Part shown: one piece after another, positions 1 through 8,537 of the stretch
Position numbering within the stretch: position 1 is the first letter of the stretch
How the letters are laid out: the number at the start of each line of letters is the position of its first letter
Assembly (NCBI GenBank): GCA_963751455.1
Contig: CAVVUN010000009.1
Span: forward strand, 288,001 to 352,000
Source: Nitrospirota bacterium
Lineage (GTDB): Bacteria > Nitrospirota > UBA9217
Direction of reading: 5' to 3'
DNA: 64,000 nucleotides
Program-made: the position numbers and the translations under genes
Notes under the pieces: generated by a model
Told to the model about the DNA's origin: nothing
What the model saw: the letters and a program-made list of their open reading frames with translations, nothing else
Databases searched by the model: none

Positions 1-1336
1 TTCTGCGTGAAGGTCTTGGTCTTGTTGCTCGGTCTTCCCGGTAAAGTGCGCGAACTGGCGGGTTACGGTCACATCGGGATTCTTCATGCACTTTGCTCTG
101 AATTGGCAGGGGATGCAGTCTCTCTTGGTTCCATGGTACTTGATGGCGTGTAGTCCATTATGGATTGCGTTGCCGCTTTTGTACATCCGTTTCCCGGCCG
201 GGCAGATGCAGAAGCTCTTGTCAGGGCTTACCGTGAAGTCGCGAGGCTGGAAGATGATGGCTCGGTCGAATCTTTTCGCGACCTCTTTATTGAACCGCTC
301 CTTGTGTCGGTCCGCATCGGCGAACCGGGGATCGCGGTGACGGAATTTATTGTCTGCGATGTATGCGTCGATGCCGTCCTCGATTACCATCTCCACGTTC
401 TTTTCGGAGTGGAAGCCGCTGTCGCTGGTCAGTTTGGTCTTTTTGAAGATGTCTTCTTCTTTCCCGATCGCCTTGAAGTTCTCCCGCGTTCCTTCGACCA
501 TGGGTTTCAGTATTGCGGATTCGGAGTCTCCGGTCGCCTCTGCATGGACCACGACCTGATGCTTGCTGTCGACCATCGCTACGCCGTTGTAGCCCTGGAC
601 GACGCCGTGGGAGGTCTTCATGTTGGCGCTTTCATTGTCGGTGATGTTGCTCTTCCTCGGTTTGCCCTTGCTGCCGGGCTTGTCGTCGTTTTCCTCGAGC
701 CAGGCTTTGATCTTTTTGACCTTCGCCTTGAGGGTGGAAATGTATTGCTCTTCCTTCTCTATGACCGCCTTGTCGGTCTCGGTTTTGTCTCGTTCCTTAT
801 GCTTGCGCGATGATCTGCCGGATGGCCTTTTCCATCTTCTCTTTTTTATGCTGGAGATCTTTCTTGGTTCCGCTCCATTCCTTTGAAGCATTCGAGGGGA
901 GCTTGCAGCCGTCTACCGCGAACATCTCTTTGCCGATCAGGCCCATCTCGTCGCAGATAAGAAGGACTTCGAGGAAGAGCTTGATCGTTTCCTGGTCATG
1001 CGAGGAGATGAAGTCGGCTATCGTCGTGAAGTGCGGCCGGGTGTCGGCGGAGAGGGCCATGAAGATGACGTTCTCGTTGCAGCAGTCGGCGATCTTCCGG
1101 CTTGAGGTGATTCCCTTCGAATAGGCGTACAGGACGATCTTTAAGAGAATCCGGGGATCGTAGGCCGGGGCGCCGGTCTCGTCGTTCTTGTAGCGAAGGT
1201 CAAATGCGGAAAGGTCGAGTTCGTTGTCGATGAGATAATGAAGCGTGTGTTCGAAGGTGCCGTGAAGGATCTGTTTATCGAAGTTGATCGGAATGAACTT
1301 GCCTTGGGAATAATCGTACTCCTTGTATTTCGCCAT
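1..1336 (-). pseudogene. IS1182-family DDE transposase with apparent frameshifts (pseudogene or sequence error)
   Basis: N-terminal DUF772-like region (GAPAYDPRILLKIVLYAY..GITSSRKI..AVDGCKL). After skipping one base near 805 the frame continues KHKERD..KSNITDNES..QGYNG..DSGFHS..CPAGK. A second one-base shift near 31 restores KTFTQK. Confidence 0.8.
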
Positions 1337-1425
1337 ACGCCTCCCGTGGGTGAGGGGTATTTGATGATTCCTTACAGCGTTTTGATGGCGTCATTATAGC
1401 ATAAAATGACTTTTCCTACAGGTTC
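1..1425 (-). mobile_element. IS1182-family insertion sequence, left part; runs off the window edge
   Basis: Transposase starts at 1336. Probable terminal IR GAACCTGTAGGAAAA (1425-1411, minus) directly abuts the GTT of an attC site. Extended -10 TGnTATAAT at 1401-1393. Confidence 0.8.
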
Positions 1426-1480
1426 AACACGCGCCTGACGCGCCGCCTTTGGCGCGTCGCTGTCGAGGCGCACGTTAATA
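1422..1480 (-). other. attC (59-base element) integron recombination site
   Basis: Minus strand TATTAAC-GTGCGCCT(C)GAC...GTCAGGCGCGT-GTTGAAC: 59 bp imperfect hairpin with one extrahelical base and AAC/GTT cores, 15 bp after the stop of 1496-2377. Confidence 0.8.
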
Positions 1481-1495
1481 CTCTCTAAAAATAAT

Positions 1496-2377
1496 TTATC
1501 TGGGGCCGCCGTGCTCCCAAGCCATAAAAAATAATAATTGCAGCGGAGAGGTTACAACGTCAAAAGCAACGGTCAGCGGCGTGCCTATGCTCCTTATAAC
1601 GAGAGGGTAATCATATATTTTCTCTGGTCGAAAAAGATAGAATTTTATCGGAAGAGGCTGTTTTTCCTGTGGCAAGATTGCCATCCATCCGCTTGTATCA
1701 AACTCTTTTAGAATAACTGCGTCTGATTTATAACAACATAGCGAATAATAGTATAAATGAGATCCGTCAGGTTTATAATTATAAGAAAAATCAGATGGAA
1801 GAATAATCGAAGGATAATGAAAATAGCTATGAAATGGCGGAATCGCTTCGACGTGTTGGGATCGTGAGCCCACAAGCGAGGAAGACTCGCGGTCTTTAAA
1901 GTAAGTGCCTATCACAGATGGTAGCTTGAATGTGACATTTAATTCCCAACTATTATTTTTATCAACTTTTATTGCGTAGAGATCAATTGGACTAATTAAG
2001 CTTTTAAATAATGCTTCATAGTTTGTTTTTATAAATGAATCAGGGTTTCCTGGAATATAAGAACCTTTTTCTTTTATAATAAGGAAGCCATCTAAAACCC
2101 CGGGAAAGGATTTATTTTCTTTTTGATCTTGTTTAATGTGAAATGGGACACAATAGGTTTTAAAATTTACGGCCTTCGATTCCCCATGAGAATCGTCAAT
2201 TTTCCCTTTATCATAGCTGACATAAATTTGATCAGCCTCGCCAATCATCAACTTCTCTGCTCTAACCCCTTGCTGATGGTTCCACAATAAAGTCGTGGCA
2301 CATCCGCTGCATACTGAAGAGATAAACAAAAAGAGACTAAATAGAAGTATCTTCCTTGGCTTCTTAAAATACGCCAT
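1496..2377 (-). CDS. Hypothetical lipoprotein (gene-cassette ORF)
   Basis: 293 aa; signal peptide with lipobox-like CSGC; C-terminal TPLTVAFDVVTSPL resembles YceK/YidQ-like lipoproteins; AT-rich; bounded by attC-like sites. Confidence 0.7.
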   Translation of the reverse strand: MAYFKKPRKILLFSLFLFISSVCSGCATTLLWNHQQGVRAEKLMIGEADQIYVSYDKGKIDDSHGESKAVNFKTYCVPFHIKQDQKENKSFPGVLDGFLIIKEKGSYIPGNPDSFIKTNYEALFKSLISPIDLYAIKVDKNNSWELNVTFKLPSVIGTYFKDRESSSLVGSRSQHVEAIPPFHSYFHYPSIILPSDFSYNYKPDGSHLYYYSLCCYKSDAVILKEFDTSGWMAILPQEKQPLPIKFYLFRPEKIYDYPLVIRSIGTPLTVAFDVVTSPLQLLFFMAWEHGGPR

Positions 2378-2408
2378 CGGGAACCTTTCATGACATGTCT
2401 AATGAAAA

Positions 2409-2680
2409 CATTAATGCGGCAGCTGAGCCATGACCCCGAAGGGGTTCTCCCGGCGTGGTTTTCGCGCCGGGTTAGGAGCGATGGCTCAGCTGCCGCATTC
2501 TCGCGGCGCGAAGCGCCGGGAGAATCGCGCCGGTCACGCGCCGTCCGACGCTGTGGACCGGCAGGTTGGAACTTATTATATTTTGCAATGCAGCAGCTAA
2601 GCCTTACTTGATAGCGACCGACGGAGAGGTAGCGCAAAAAGCGAAGCTGTCAAGCGTCGGGCTCCAACTGATTGTTAGAG
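2409..2680 (-). repeat. Cluster of three stacked attC-like hairpins
   Basis: 2583-2680 (CTCTAAC..CAGTTGGAGCC/GGCTTAGCTG..ATTGCAA); 2519-2571 (TTCCAAC..CCGGTC(C)AC/GTGACCGG..ATTCTCC); and a perfect 19-bp IR at 2413-2431/2481-2499 ending ATTAATG. Confidence 0.65.
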
Positions 2681-3393
2681 AGAGCATTTTCATGTTTGGC
2701 TATTTCTTCTTTCAGCTCGTGAGCTCTAGCCGCAATATCTTTCCGTATACAATCTAAAACATACTTGTAACTATCCTCTCCAAACATTGATGTGGAGTAT
2801 GCGAGCGCTCCGAATAGCAAACTATATTTATTGATGATACTAATGGCTCGTTCCAAGAGAACTTCGATTTCAGCAAATTTCAACGGATCGAGCACGACAC
2901 TGTTCGGAGAAAGCGTTTCTTGCGGGTTTCTGTGCGCGCCTATATTATTCCTCCAGGCAAGGAGATGACGGACCCGGGGGTCTGCGCTAGACACAAAGGC
3001 AATGTCCGACTTCAGTTCATCCTTATCGGGTATTCGAGAGTCATTTGCCAAGCTTTCAACGAAAGGATTGTCTTTCAGCCTTTTAATAAATTCTGGAGTA
3101 TCGAATATGTGTAGGTTGGCTTGGATTGTTGCCAGAAGGCGCGGGAGGCTAAGAGATGATGTATGAGAATCGTAAGCACGACACAATCGCAACAAGGTTG
3201 CATCTACCTGGGCATCTATGGCCAGATTCCAGAAAGCGGCGGATTGATTTAGTTCGGTGACGTATTCGGGTATTGCGTTGTTAAGATTTTGATACAAATG
3301 GAAATGGACATGTGCATCAACGATGTCTCGGGCCAAGCCTTTCATCAGCGAGTCGAATTCTGCCGAGTTCTTTATTCGCATCGGCTTACTCAT
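2650..3393 (-). CDS. HEPN-domain (AbiU2-like) putative RNase / defence protein
   Basis: 247 aa helical protein with an Rx4-6H motif RNNIGAH and LxLCRxYD..SLSL pattern. The ORF reads through the attC R'' site (..ALSNNQLEPDA*), as cassette ORFs often do. Confidence 0.7.
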   Translation of the reverse strand: MSKPMRIKNSAEFDSLMKGLARDIVDAHVHFHLYQNLNNAIPEYVTELNQSAAFWNLAIDAQVDATLLRLCRAYDSHTSSLSLPRLLATIQANLHIFDTPEFIKRLKDNPFVESLANDSRIPDKDELKSDIAFVSSADPRVRHLLAWRNNIGAHRNPQETLSPNSVVLDPLKFAEIEVLLERAISIINKYSLLFGALAYSTSMFGEDSYKYVLDCIRKDIAARAHELKEEIAKHENALSNNQLEPDA

Positions 3394-3402
3394 GACTGTT
3401 CT

Positions 3403-3486
3403 CCCTAATGTTTAGGCTTCTTTCCGAGCGCCAAAAACGAAGTCCAAGTCTCGGGGCGCTCTCGCTCAGAAAGAAGCTGGTTGGAC
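3403..3486 (-). other. attC-like hairpin fused to the IS91 end
   Basis: GTCCAAC (RYYYAAC) at 3486-3480; 15-bp IR arms at 3463-3477/3416-3430; ATTAGGG at 3409-3403, just before the HEPN RBS and start. Confidence 0.55.
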
Positions 3487-4007
3487 TAAGCCGTTCGCGC
3501 GCCACGGTCTATGGAATTTCAAATGATTTCGCTTTTAAAGATTGGTCAATCTGAGCAGTGTATCCGGGGGCATGAGATGTTTTGCGAGGTCTGTTCCGGT
3601 GAAAAGCGGCACTTCCGGACAAATCCGCAAGCCCCTTTCATTGACGACTATACAGGAATCGAGGCTTTTGGGCAATAGGATATCGTTGCGAAACACAAGG
3701 CTGTTTTCGGGGATTGGGCACCGTGTCAGGTTATCGCGTTCGAGTGCGGTCGTCATATACGCGGAGGTCCTTTACAGCGCGCGGGCAGTATCGTCTCCGT
3801 TCTCATCGTTCGTTCCCCACAGTTCGGGCACTTGCCGACTTCGAACCCGGTAAGTCGAAGCAGTCGCTCCTGCCAGGTCTCGGTCTTCTCTTCCGGCTGC
3901 TTTCGCTCAGCCGTCTCAGCCCCAAGAAGCTCCCTTGCCCGCTCGATTTTCATCCTCCGGCATCGATTTCCCAAAAATCCGTAGTGCCTGATCTTGACGA
4001 ACCTGTG
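3480..4007 (-). mobile_element. 5'-truncated IS91-family (Y2, rolling-circle) element: transposase C-terminus plus downstream end
   Basis: FVKIRHYGFLGNR...CPNCG...KGPP (3753-4007) is the typical IS91 transposase C-terminus. The non-coding tail ends GAAATTCCATAG..CGGCTTAGTCCAAC. Confidence 0.75.
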
Positions 4008-4034
4008 ACTTAAAATCTCCATTGATCAGGAGTA

Positions 4035-4076
4035 AGAATACCAGAATCTAATAATTCCCCTATGACCTGGGTCATA
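4035..4076 (-). promoter_or_regulatory. Crp/Fnr-family box with class II promoter facing the IS91 remnant and cassette array
   Basis: Palindrome TATGACC-TG-GGTCATA at 4061-4076; TGnTATTCT -10 (4040-4035) 21 nt from the 14-bp core. Confidence 0.55.
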
Positions 4077-4115
4077 CGTATGGAGACAAAAGCGAGCTAC
4101 GCGGCTCAGGAGATT

Positions 4116-4430
4116 TCAGTCAACCGGCGTTACCACGGCCATGACTACGAGATCGGATCCCTTGTTCGCCTCGAAGCCATGGGGAACTGACGGATCGCAG
4201 AGAATGGCTGTTTTTTCTCCAGCTTCGATCTTTTCATCTCCTACAGTGAACGTGCCCTTGCCCTGGACACAGTACATCATGAGCCGTAGCGGCGCCTTAT
4301 GGGGTTCGAGCTTCTGGCCGGCCTTCAGGCACATGAGTGCGACACGCATTTCAGGCTTGTCCGAAAGCATTTCCCGGGAAATCCGGTCAGGGCTGAACCT
4401 GATGAGAGTGTTGATATTAAGCACGTCCAT
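4116..4430 (-). CDS. Cupin domain protein
   Basis: 104 aa from an ATG preceded by AAGGAGG; cupin motifs LKAGQKLEPHKAP..CVQGKGTFTVG and PHGF. The longer ORF-track start lies inside the MITE. Confidence 0.85.
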   Translation of the reverse strand: MDVLNINTLIRFSPDRISREMLSDKPEMRVALMCLKAGQKLEPHKAPLRLMMYCVQGKGTFTVGDEKIEAGEKTAILCDPSVPHGFEANKGSDLVVMAVVTPVD

Positions 4431-4471
4431 ATATTCCTCCTTCATGGTTTGAATAACCGAAATAATCTTAG

Positions 4472-4624
4472 CAGGCTGTTGAAAAACGATTTTTCGCAGG
4501 CTAAAGCGTCTCGACTGAGCTCGTCGAAATCCTGCGGCTACCAAAAGTCACATTGATAATCAACCAGGTAGCCGCACCCTTTAGGGTGCGTTTATGCTGC
4601 GAGAGGGACTTTTTCAGCAGCCTG
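4472..4624. mobile_element. 153-bp MITE with IS5/IS1182-like ends
   Basis: TIRs CAGGCTGTTGAAAAA (4472-4486) / TTTTTCAGCAGCCTG (4610-4624), flanked by TTAG and CTAG; no transposase. Confidence 0.8.
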
Positions 4625-4632
4625 CTAGAAGA

Positions 4633-4674
4633 AGTATAGCAGGGACTTTCGGCTGCGGGTATGACCTGAATCAT
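4633..4674 (-). promoter_or_regulatory. Crp/Fnr-family box with class II promoter for the cupin gene
   Basis: ATGAC-CTGA-ATCAT at 4661-4674 (FNR-like TTGAT-N4-ATCAA geometry), 22 nt from TATACT (4638-4633), i.e. centred near -41.5. Confidence 0.65.
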
Positions 4675-4708
4675 AGAGTGGCTGGTGAGACTTGGAAGAA
4701 GGAAAACG

Positions 4709-6664
4709 TTATGAATTAAGAGGGGATTTGGGGGAGACTGTTTTATGCTCGGTAATGACTTTACGGATGGTGTCGCTCAGTTTGGCGATGGTATATGGCT
4801 TCGAAATGACGCCGCAGAAGCCGTAATCCGAATATTGCGCCATAATAGGATCGTTGGAGTAACCGCTTGAGACGATTGCTTTGGCAAACGGGTCGATTTC
4901 ACAGAGACGTTTTACCGCTTCCTTGCCCCCCATTCCTCCCGGAATAGTGAGGTCCATGAGAACGACGTCGATACGCCTGCCGGCTTTAAGTTCACGTGTA
5001 TAAATATCAAGCGCTTCAGATCCGTCTCTCGCATTAGATACATCGTAGCCGAGGCGGGTGAGAATCTCGCCCGCGACTTCCCTGACCATGTCTTCGTCGT
5101 CCATGATCAAAATCTTGCCGCTGCCGGCTGCCGATGTTAACATGTCCGGTTTTTTATGCGGGGGGCCGGCGGCGGCAGGAAGGTAAACATGAAACGTCGT
5201 GCCCGTTTTGACGACCGAATCTACGGAAATATGTCCATGATGGCGTTTTATGATCGAGTAGGTAGTCGCAAGTCCGAGCCCGCTGCCTTTTTCCTTTGTC
5301 GTAAAATACGGATCGAAGATTTTTTCGAGATATTGCGGGGATATGCCGATTCCCTGATCTGCTATGGATATTTGCACATAGTTTCCGGGTGCGAGCGGCA
5401 GTTCGTCTGCAGCGGTAACGGCAATGTTCCGATCGGATATTTTTATTGTCCCGCCGTCGGGCATCGCCTGGTCCGCATTGATAATCAGGTTGTTGAACAC
5501 CTGGCTCAATTGGCCTTCGTCAGCCTCGACATTCCAGAGGTCGCTGCAAAGCGCAAAATCGCATTTGCTTTTTGAGCCGTGAAGCGCAAACGACGCGACA
5601 TCGCGAACAAGTTCCATGATGGAGAGGTTCTTCTTGACGGGAGCGCCGCCCCGCGAAAACGTTAAAAGCTGCTGCGTGAGCATTCTCGCTTTTTCCAATG
5701 CGCGCTCAGCTTCCTCCATTCTTTCATAGATCATGTCACCGGGACCGGAATCCAGTTTTGCAAGCGTGATGTTGCCGAGGATCGCGGTCAGGAGATTGTT
5801 AAAGTCGTGGGCCAGTCCTCCGGCGAGGACGCCGAGCGATTCCAACTTTTCCGCTTTCAGAAGCTCATCCTCCAGTTTTCTCTGCGCGGTCACATCGGTA
5901 ACCATCGAAAACCGGGCCTGTCTTTTGCCGAACAGGATGGGGTGCGAGATCATTTCGACTTCAATGACGGTGCCGTCCTTCCTGCGATGTTTCCAGACAC
6001 CTGCGATATGCGGATCCGAGTTATCAGAAAGAGAATTCATGAGGCCTGGCAGCGTATCCGGGGGACAGATGTCCTCAAGGTTCATCCCCAGAAATTCTTC
6101 ACGCGAATATCCGTAGTGCCTAATGGCCGCGTCGTTCACCGCAAGAAAAAAAAGGCTCTTTATATCGAAAACCCACATGGGCTGCGGATTATGCTCGAAC
6201 AGCTGCCGGTAACGCTCTTCGCTTTCACGGACGGTTTCCTGCAGCCTGCGGCGTTCTTGAATCAGCTGCTGACGGTACAGCACCTGGTTTATAACCGAGG
6301 GAAGGACATCCAGAAATTTCAGTTCCACGTCCTTTACAATATAATCGGCCGCGCCCAGTTTGATCGATTCTACAGCAATTTCCTCGTTGCCCTCACCGGT
6401 AATCATGATAGTGGCGGGGAGCTGATTTGTTTTCCCAAGCATCCGTATGACTTCAATACCTCCGAGGACCGGCATATGGTAATCCACTATCAGCAGATCA
6501 TAGGGCTTGGATGCCGCCATGGAAAGACCTTCCTGCCCGTTCAATGCGACCGAAACACCGTATCCCTGCCGCTCCAAACGGTTCTGGAGGAGACGGCAAA
6601 GGCCCGGGTCGTCCTCCATAATCAGTATCTGTGTTACAGCGCCGTCTATCATGGGCGAAACCAC
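4709..6664 (-). CDS. Hybrid sensor histidine kinase (REC-PAS-HisKA-HATPase-REC)
   Basis: N-terminal receiver (ILIMEDD..VDYHMP), PAS, H-box AHDFNNLL, N/G boxes (NLIINA, DQGIG, GSGLGL), C-terminal receiver (MDDE..MDLTIP). Confidence 0.93.
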   Translation of the reverse strand: MVSPMIDGAVTQILIMEDDPGLCRLLQNRLERQGYGVSVALNGQEGLSMAASKPYDLLIVDYHMPVLGGIEVIRMLGKTNQLPATIMITGEGNEEIAVESIKLGAADYIVKDVELKFLDVLPSVINQVLYRQQLIQERRRLQETVRESEERYRQLFEHNPQPMWVFDIKSLFFLAVNDAAIRHYGYSREEFLGMNLEDICPPDTLPGLMNSLSDNSDPHIAGVWKHRRKDGTVIEVEMISHPILFGKRQARFSMVTDVTAQRKLEDELLKAEKLESLGVLAGGLAHDFNNLLTAILGNITLAKLDSGPGDMIYERMEEAERALEKARMLTQQLLTFSRGGAPVKKNLSIMELVRDVASFALHGSKSKCDFALCSDLWNVEADEGQLSQVFNNLIINADQAMPDGGTIKISDRNIAVTAADELPLAPGNYVQISIADQGIGISPQYLEKIFDPYFTTKEKGSGLGLATTYSIIKRHHGHISVDSVVKTGTTFHVYLPAAAGPPHKKPDMLTSAAGSGKILIMDDEDMVREVAGEILTRLGYDVSNARDGSEALDIYTRELKAGRRIDVVLMDLTIPGGMGGKEAVKRLCEIDPFAKAIVSSGYSNDPIMAQYSDYGFCGVISKPYTIAKLSDTIRKVITEHKTVSPKSPLNS

Positions 6665-6711
6665 TCCCTGTAAGGGGAATCAACTCACCGGATTACTCAT
6701 GAGGAAGGCTC

Positions 6712-7629
6712 TTACCACCATCTCATAAGCGCAATAATGAAGGTAATGACGAAAACAAGAACGAGATTCATATATGCGAAAAAATAAAATAGCCGCTCAT
6801 GAAAAGGCCGTTTCGAGTCAGGCGCGACCAGTAACCCGATACGCGGCATGGCAGTGATCTTGTTTTCATCATGCGGGGCAGTGGTGAGGAAAGCGGTCAA
6901 GTCCTCACCTGCGCAGTGTTTCATGCCGTGCACTCCGTTTTTCCAGAGATTGCTTTCCGTTACATCATAAATAACATCTTTATAGCTTATGTAAGCGGGC
7001 CTTCCTTCTTTCCCGTCGAAATACCGAAGCCCTTCCTCATTATATACCCCGGCACCTTCAACTGCGACGGCATTTTTTTGTTTCCGCAGCCGGGGCCCGA
7101 TAAAGCGCGTAACGATTACGGCGCTTATAAACATGATAATGAAAAGGATAATCTTTATGCCGAGGAGTATGCCGAATCTGGTCGTCCAGAATACAGGCCA
7201 TGCAGGCACCCTCGCGATAGTCAACAGTATCCCGGTAATGAGAACCATGGGCATCGTCGCCCATGCCAATCGGAGTTCACCCCTCGGAAGCCCCTTTGAG
7301 GCATAAGCAGGTTTGAGCAGCAGATGAACGTACATTATGGTCCCGAACCAGGCAATTGCAGACAAAAGATGCAGGTATCCCACTGCCACGCGCATTGCCT
7401 TACCAGTACCGGACAACGGATGATAGAGCTGCAGCTGCTTCAATTGCTCCAGAAATATTTTGCCCTCTTCTGTAAGGTCCCCGCCTCCCGCAGGATTAAT
7501 ATGGCAATGAGTACACGTCATCCCGGTCTTTTTGGAATATTCCGGAGTTGCAAATGCAGGGCAGGGGAAGGAAAAGAAAAAAAGCGGCAGCAGTATGAAT
7601 ATGAGAAACGAAGACAGTTCGTTTTTCAT
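6712..7629 (-). CDS. Membrane protein: c-type heme motif + CopD-like TM region + cytochrome b5-like domain
   Basis: Signal peptide ending AFA, CTHCH, TM helices (YLHLLSAIAWFG), b5-like DGKEGRPAY..YDVT..W..G.H..H.AGEDLT..APH, final TM. Confidence 0.8.
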   Translation of the reverse strand: MKNELSSFLIFILLPLFFFSFPCPAFATPEYSKKTGMTCTHCHINPAGGGDLTEEGKIFLEQLKQLQLYHPLSGTGKAMRVAVGYLHLLSAIAWFGTIMYVHLLLKPAYASKGLPRGELRLAWATMPMVLITGILLTIARVPAWPVFWTTRFGILLGIKIILFIIMFISAVIVTRFIGPRLRKQKNAVAVEGAGVYNEEGLRYFDGKEGRPAYISYKDVIYDVTESNLWKNGVHGMKHCAGEDLTAFLTTAPHDENKITAMPRIGLLVAPDSKRPFHERLFYFFAYMNLVLVFVITFIIALMRWW

Positions 7630-7697
7630 ACGCGAATTATAGAGTATCGCATCCCAAATGTAAATACATTTGTACCCGGTTCCGTTCACGAGCGAGA

Positions 7698-8537
7698 TCA
7701 CTTTCGGACAACCACAGATACCCATTTGTCATCAACTAACCGCTCTACCATACGCAAGCCGTTTTTTTTCATTTCAGCGATTACCTCGCCTTCCTGGCCC
7801 TGCAGCATGCCGGAGAGCAGAACGATGCCGGCCGTATTCAGTCGAGCAGCAAACTGCGAAGCGAGAAGCAGCAGGACGCCGGAAATTATATTGGCCGCGA
7901 TTGCGTCGAAGACGCCTGATATTGAAGCGATGCTTCCTTCCCTGATTTCTATGCGTGGTACATTGTTAAGGCCTGCGTTCATGCGGGCTGCCGTGATTGC
8001 TACAGGGTCGGTGTCAAGTGCTGTTACGTGCTTGTAACCCAGTTTTGCGGCTGCAATTGCGAGAAGCCCGGTGCCCGTGCCCAGGTCCAGGAAGCGTTCT
8101 TTTGCCGAAAGAGCGCAGTATTTTTCCATGAGAACGAGGCAGGACCGGGTAGTTGCATGATGGCCCGTGCCGAAGGCCATTCCAGGATCTATGACGAGAT
8201 TGATTCGTCCCTCGTGCTCTTTTTCCCAGGGAGGGAGGACCGTGAAGCGCTCTCCTATCCGCAGGGGTTGAAATCCTTTTTTCCAGGACTCGTTCCAATC
8301 CTGGTCCGGAATCAGAACGTTATTGAACGTCAGGGTTCCGCTGCCGGATTTTTCGAGCAGCATATCCAGGATTGCCAGATCTTCGGTAATTTTTTTCATG
8401 TCAGCTGCTTCGGCGAAATAGGCGGTTATGCCGTTATTTTGTTCAATAACCCCGAGGCTGCCCGCGGCCATGAGTTTTTGGATCAGCCTGTCCCTGACGT
8501 ATTCGCGGCTCTGTATGGTCAATTCGTAGTAAGACAT
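7698..8537 (-). CDS. prmA: Ribosomal protein L11 methyltransferase
   Basis: DWNESWK, IDPGMAFGTGHHATT, LDLGTGTGLL, ANI, LSG motifs. Confidence 0.95.
   Translation of the reverse strand: MSYYELTIQSREYVRDRLIQKLMAAGSLGVIEQNNGITAYFAEAADMKKITEDLAILDMLLEKSGSGTLTFNNVLIPDQDWNESWKKGFQPLRIGERFTVLPPWEKEHEGRINLVIDPGMAFGTGHHATTRSCLVLMEKYCALSAKERFLDLGTGTGLLAIAAAKLGYKHVTALDTDPVAITAARMNAGLNNVPRIEIREGSIASISGVFDAIAANIISGVLLLLASQFAARLNTAGIVLLSGMLQGQEGEVIAEMKKNGLRMVERLVDDKWVSVVVRK

Noticed and set aside
160-813. 217-aa plus-strand ORF
   Set aside because: Antisense shadow of the frameshifted IS1182 transposase.
795-850. Programmed frameshift in the IS1182 transposase
   Set aside because: A +1 shift is required and the nearby A-run is not an in-frame slippery heptamer.
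2248-2637. 129-aa minus-strand ORF and 73-aa plus-strand ORF
   Set aside because: They run through GC-rich attC-like hairpins and have no protein-like features.
1-4100. Complete integron
   Set aside because: No intI or recognisable attI in the window; only attC-like sites.
4431-4544. N-terminal extension of the cupin ORF
   Set aside because: Derived from the MITE; a strong SD supports the start at 4430.
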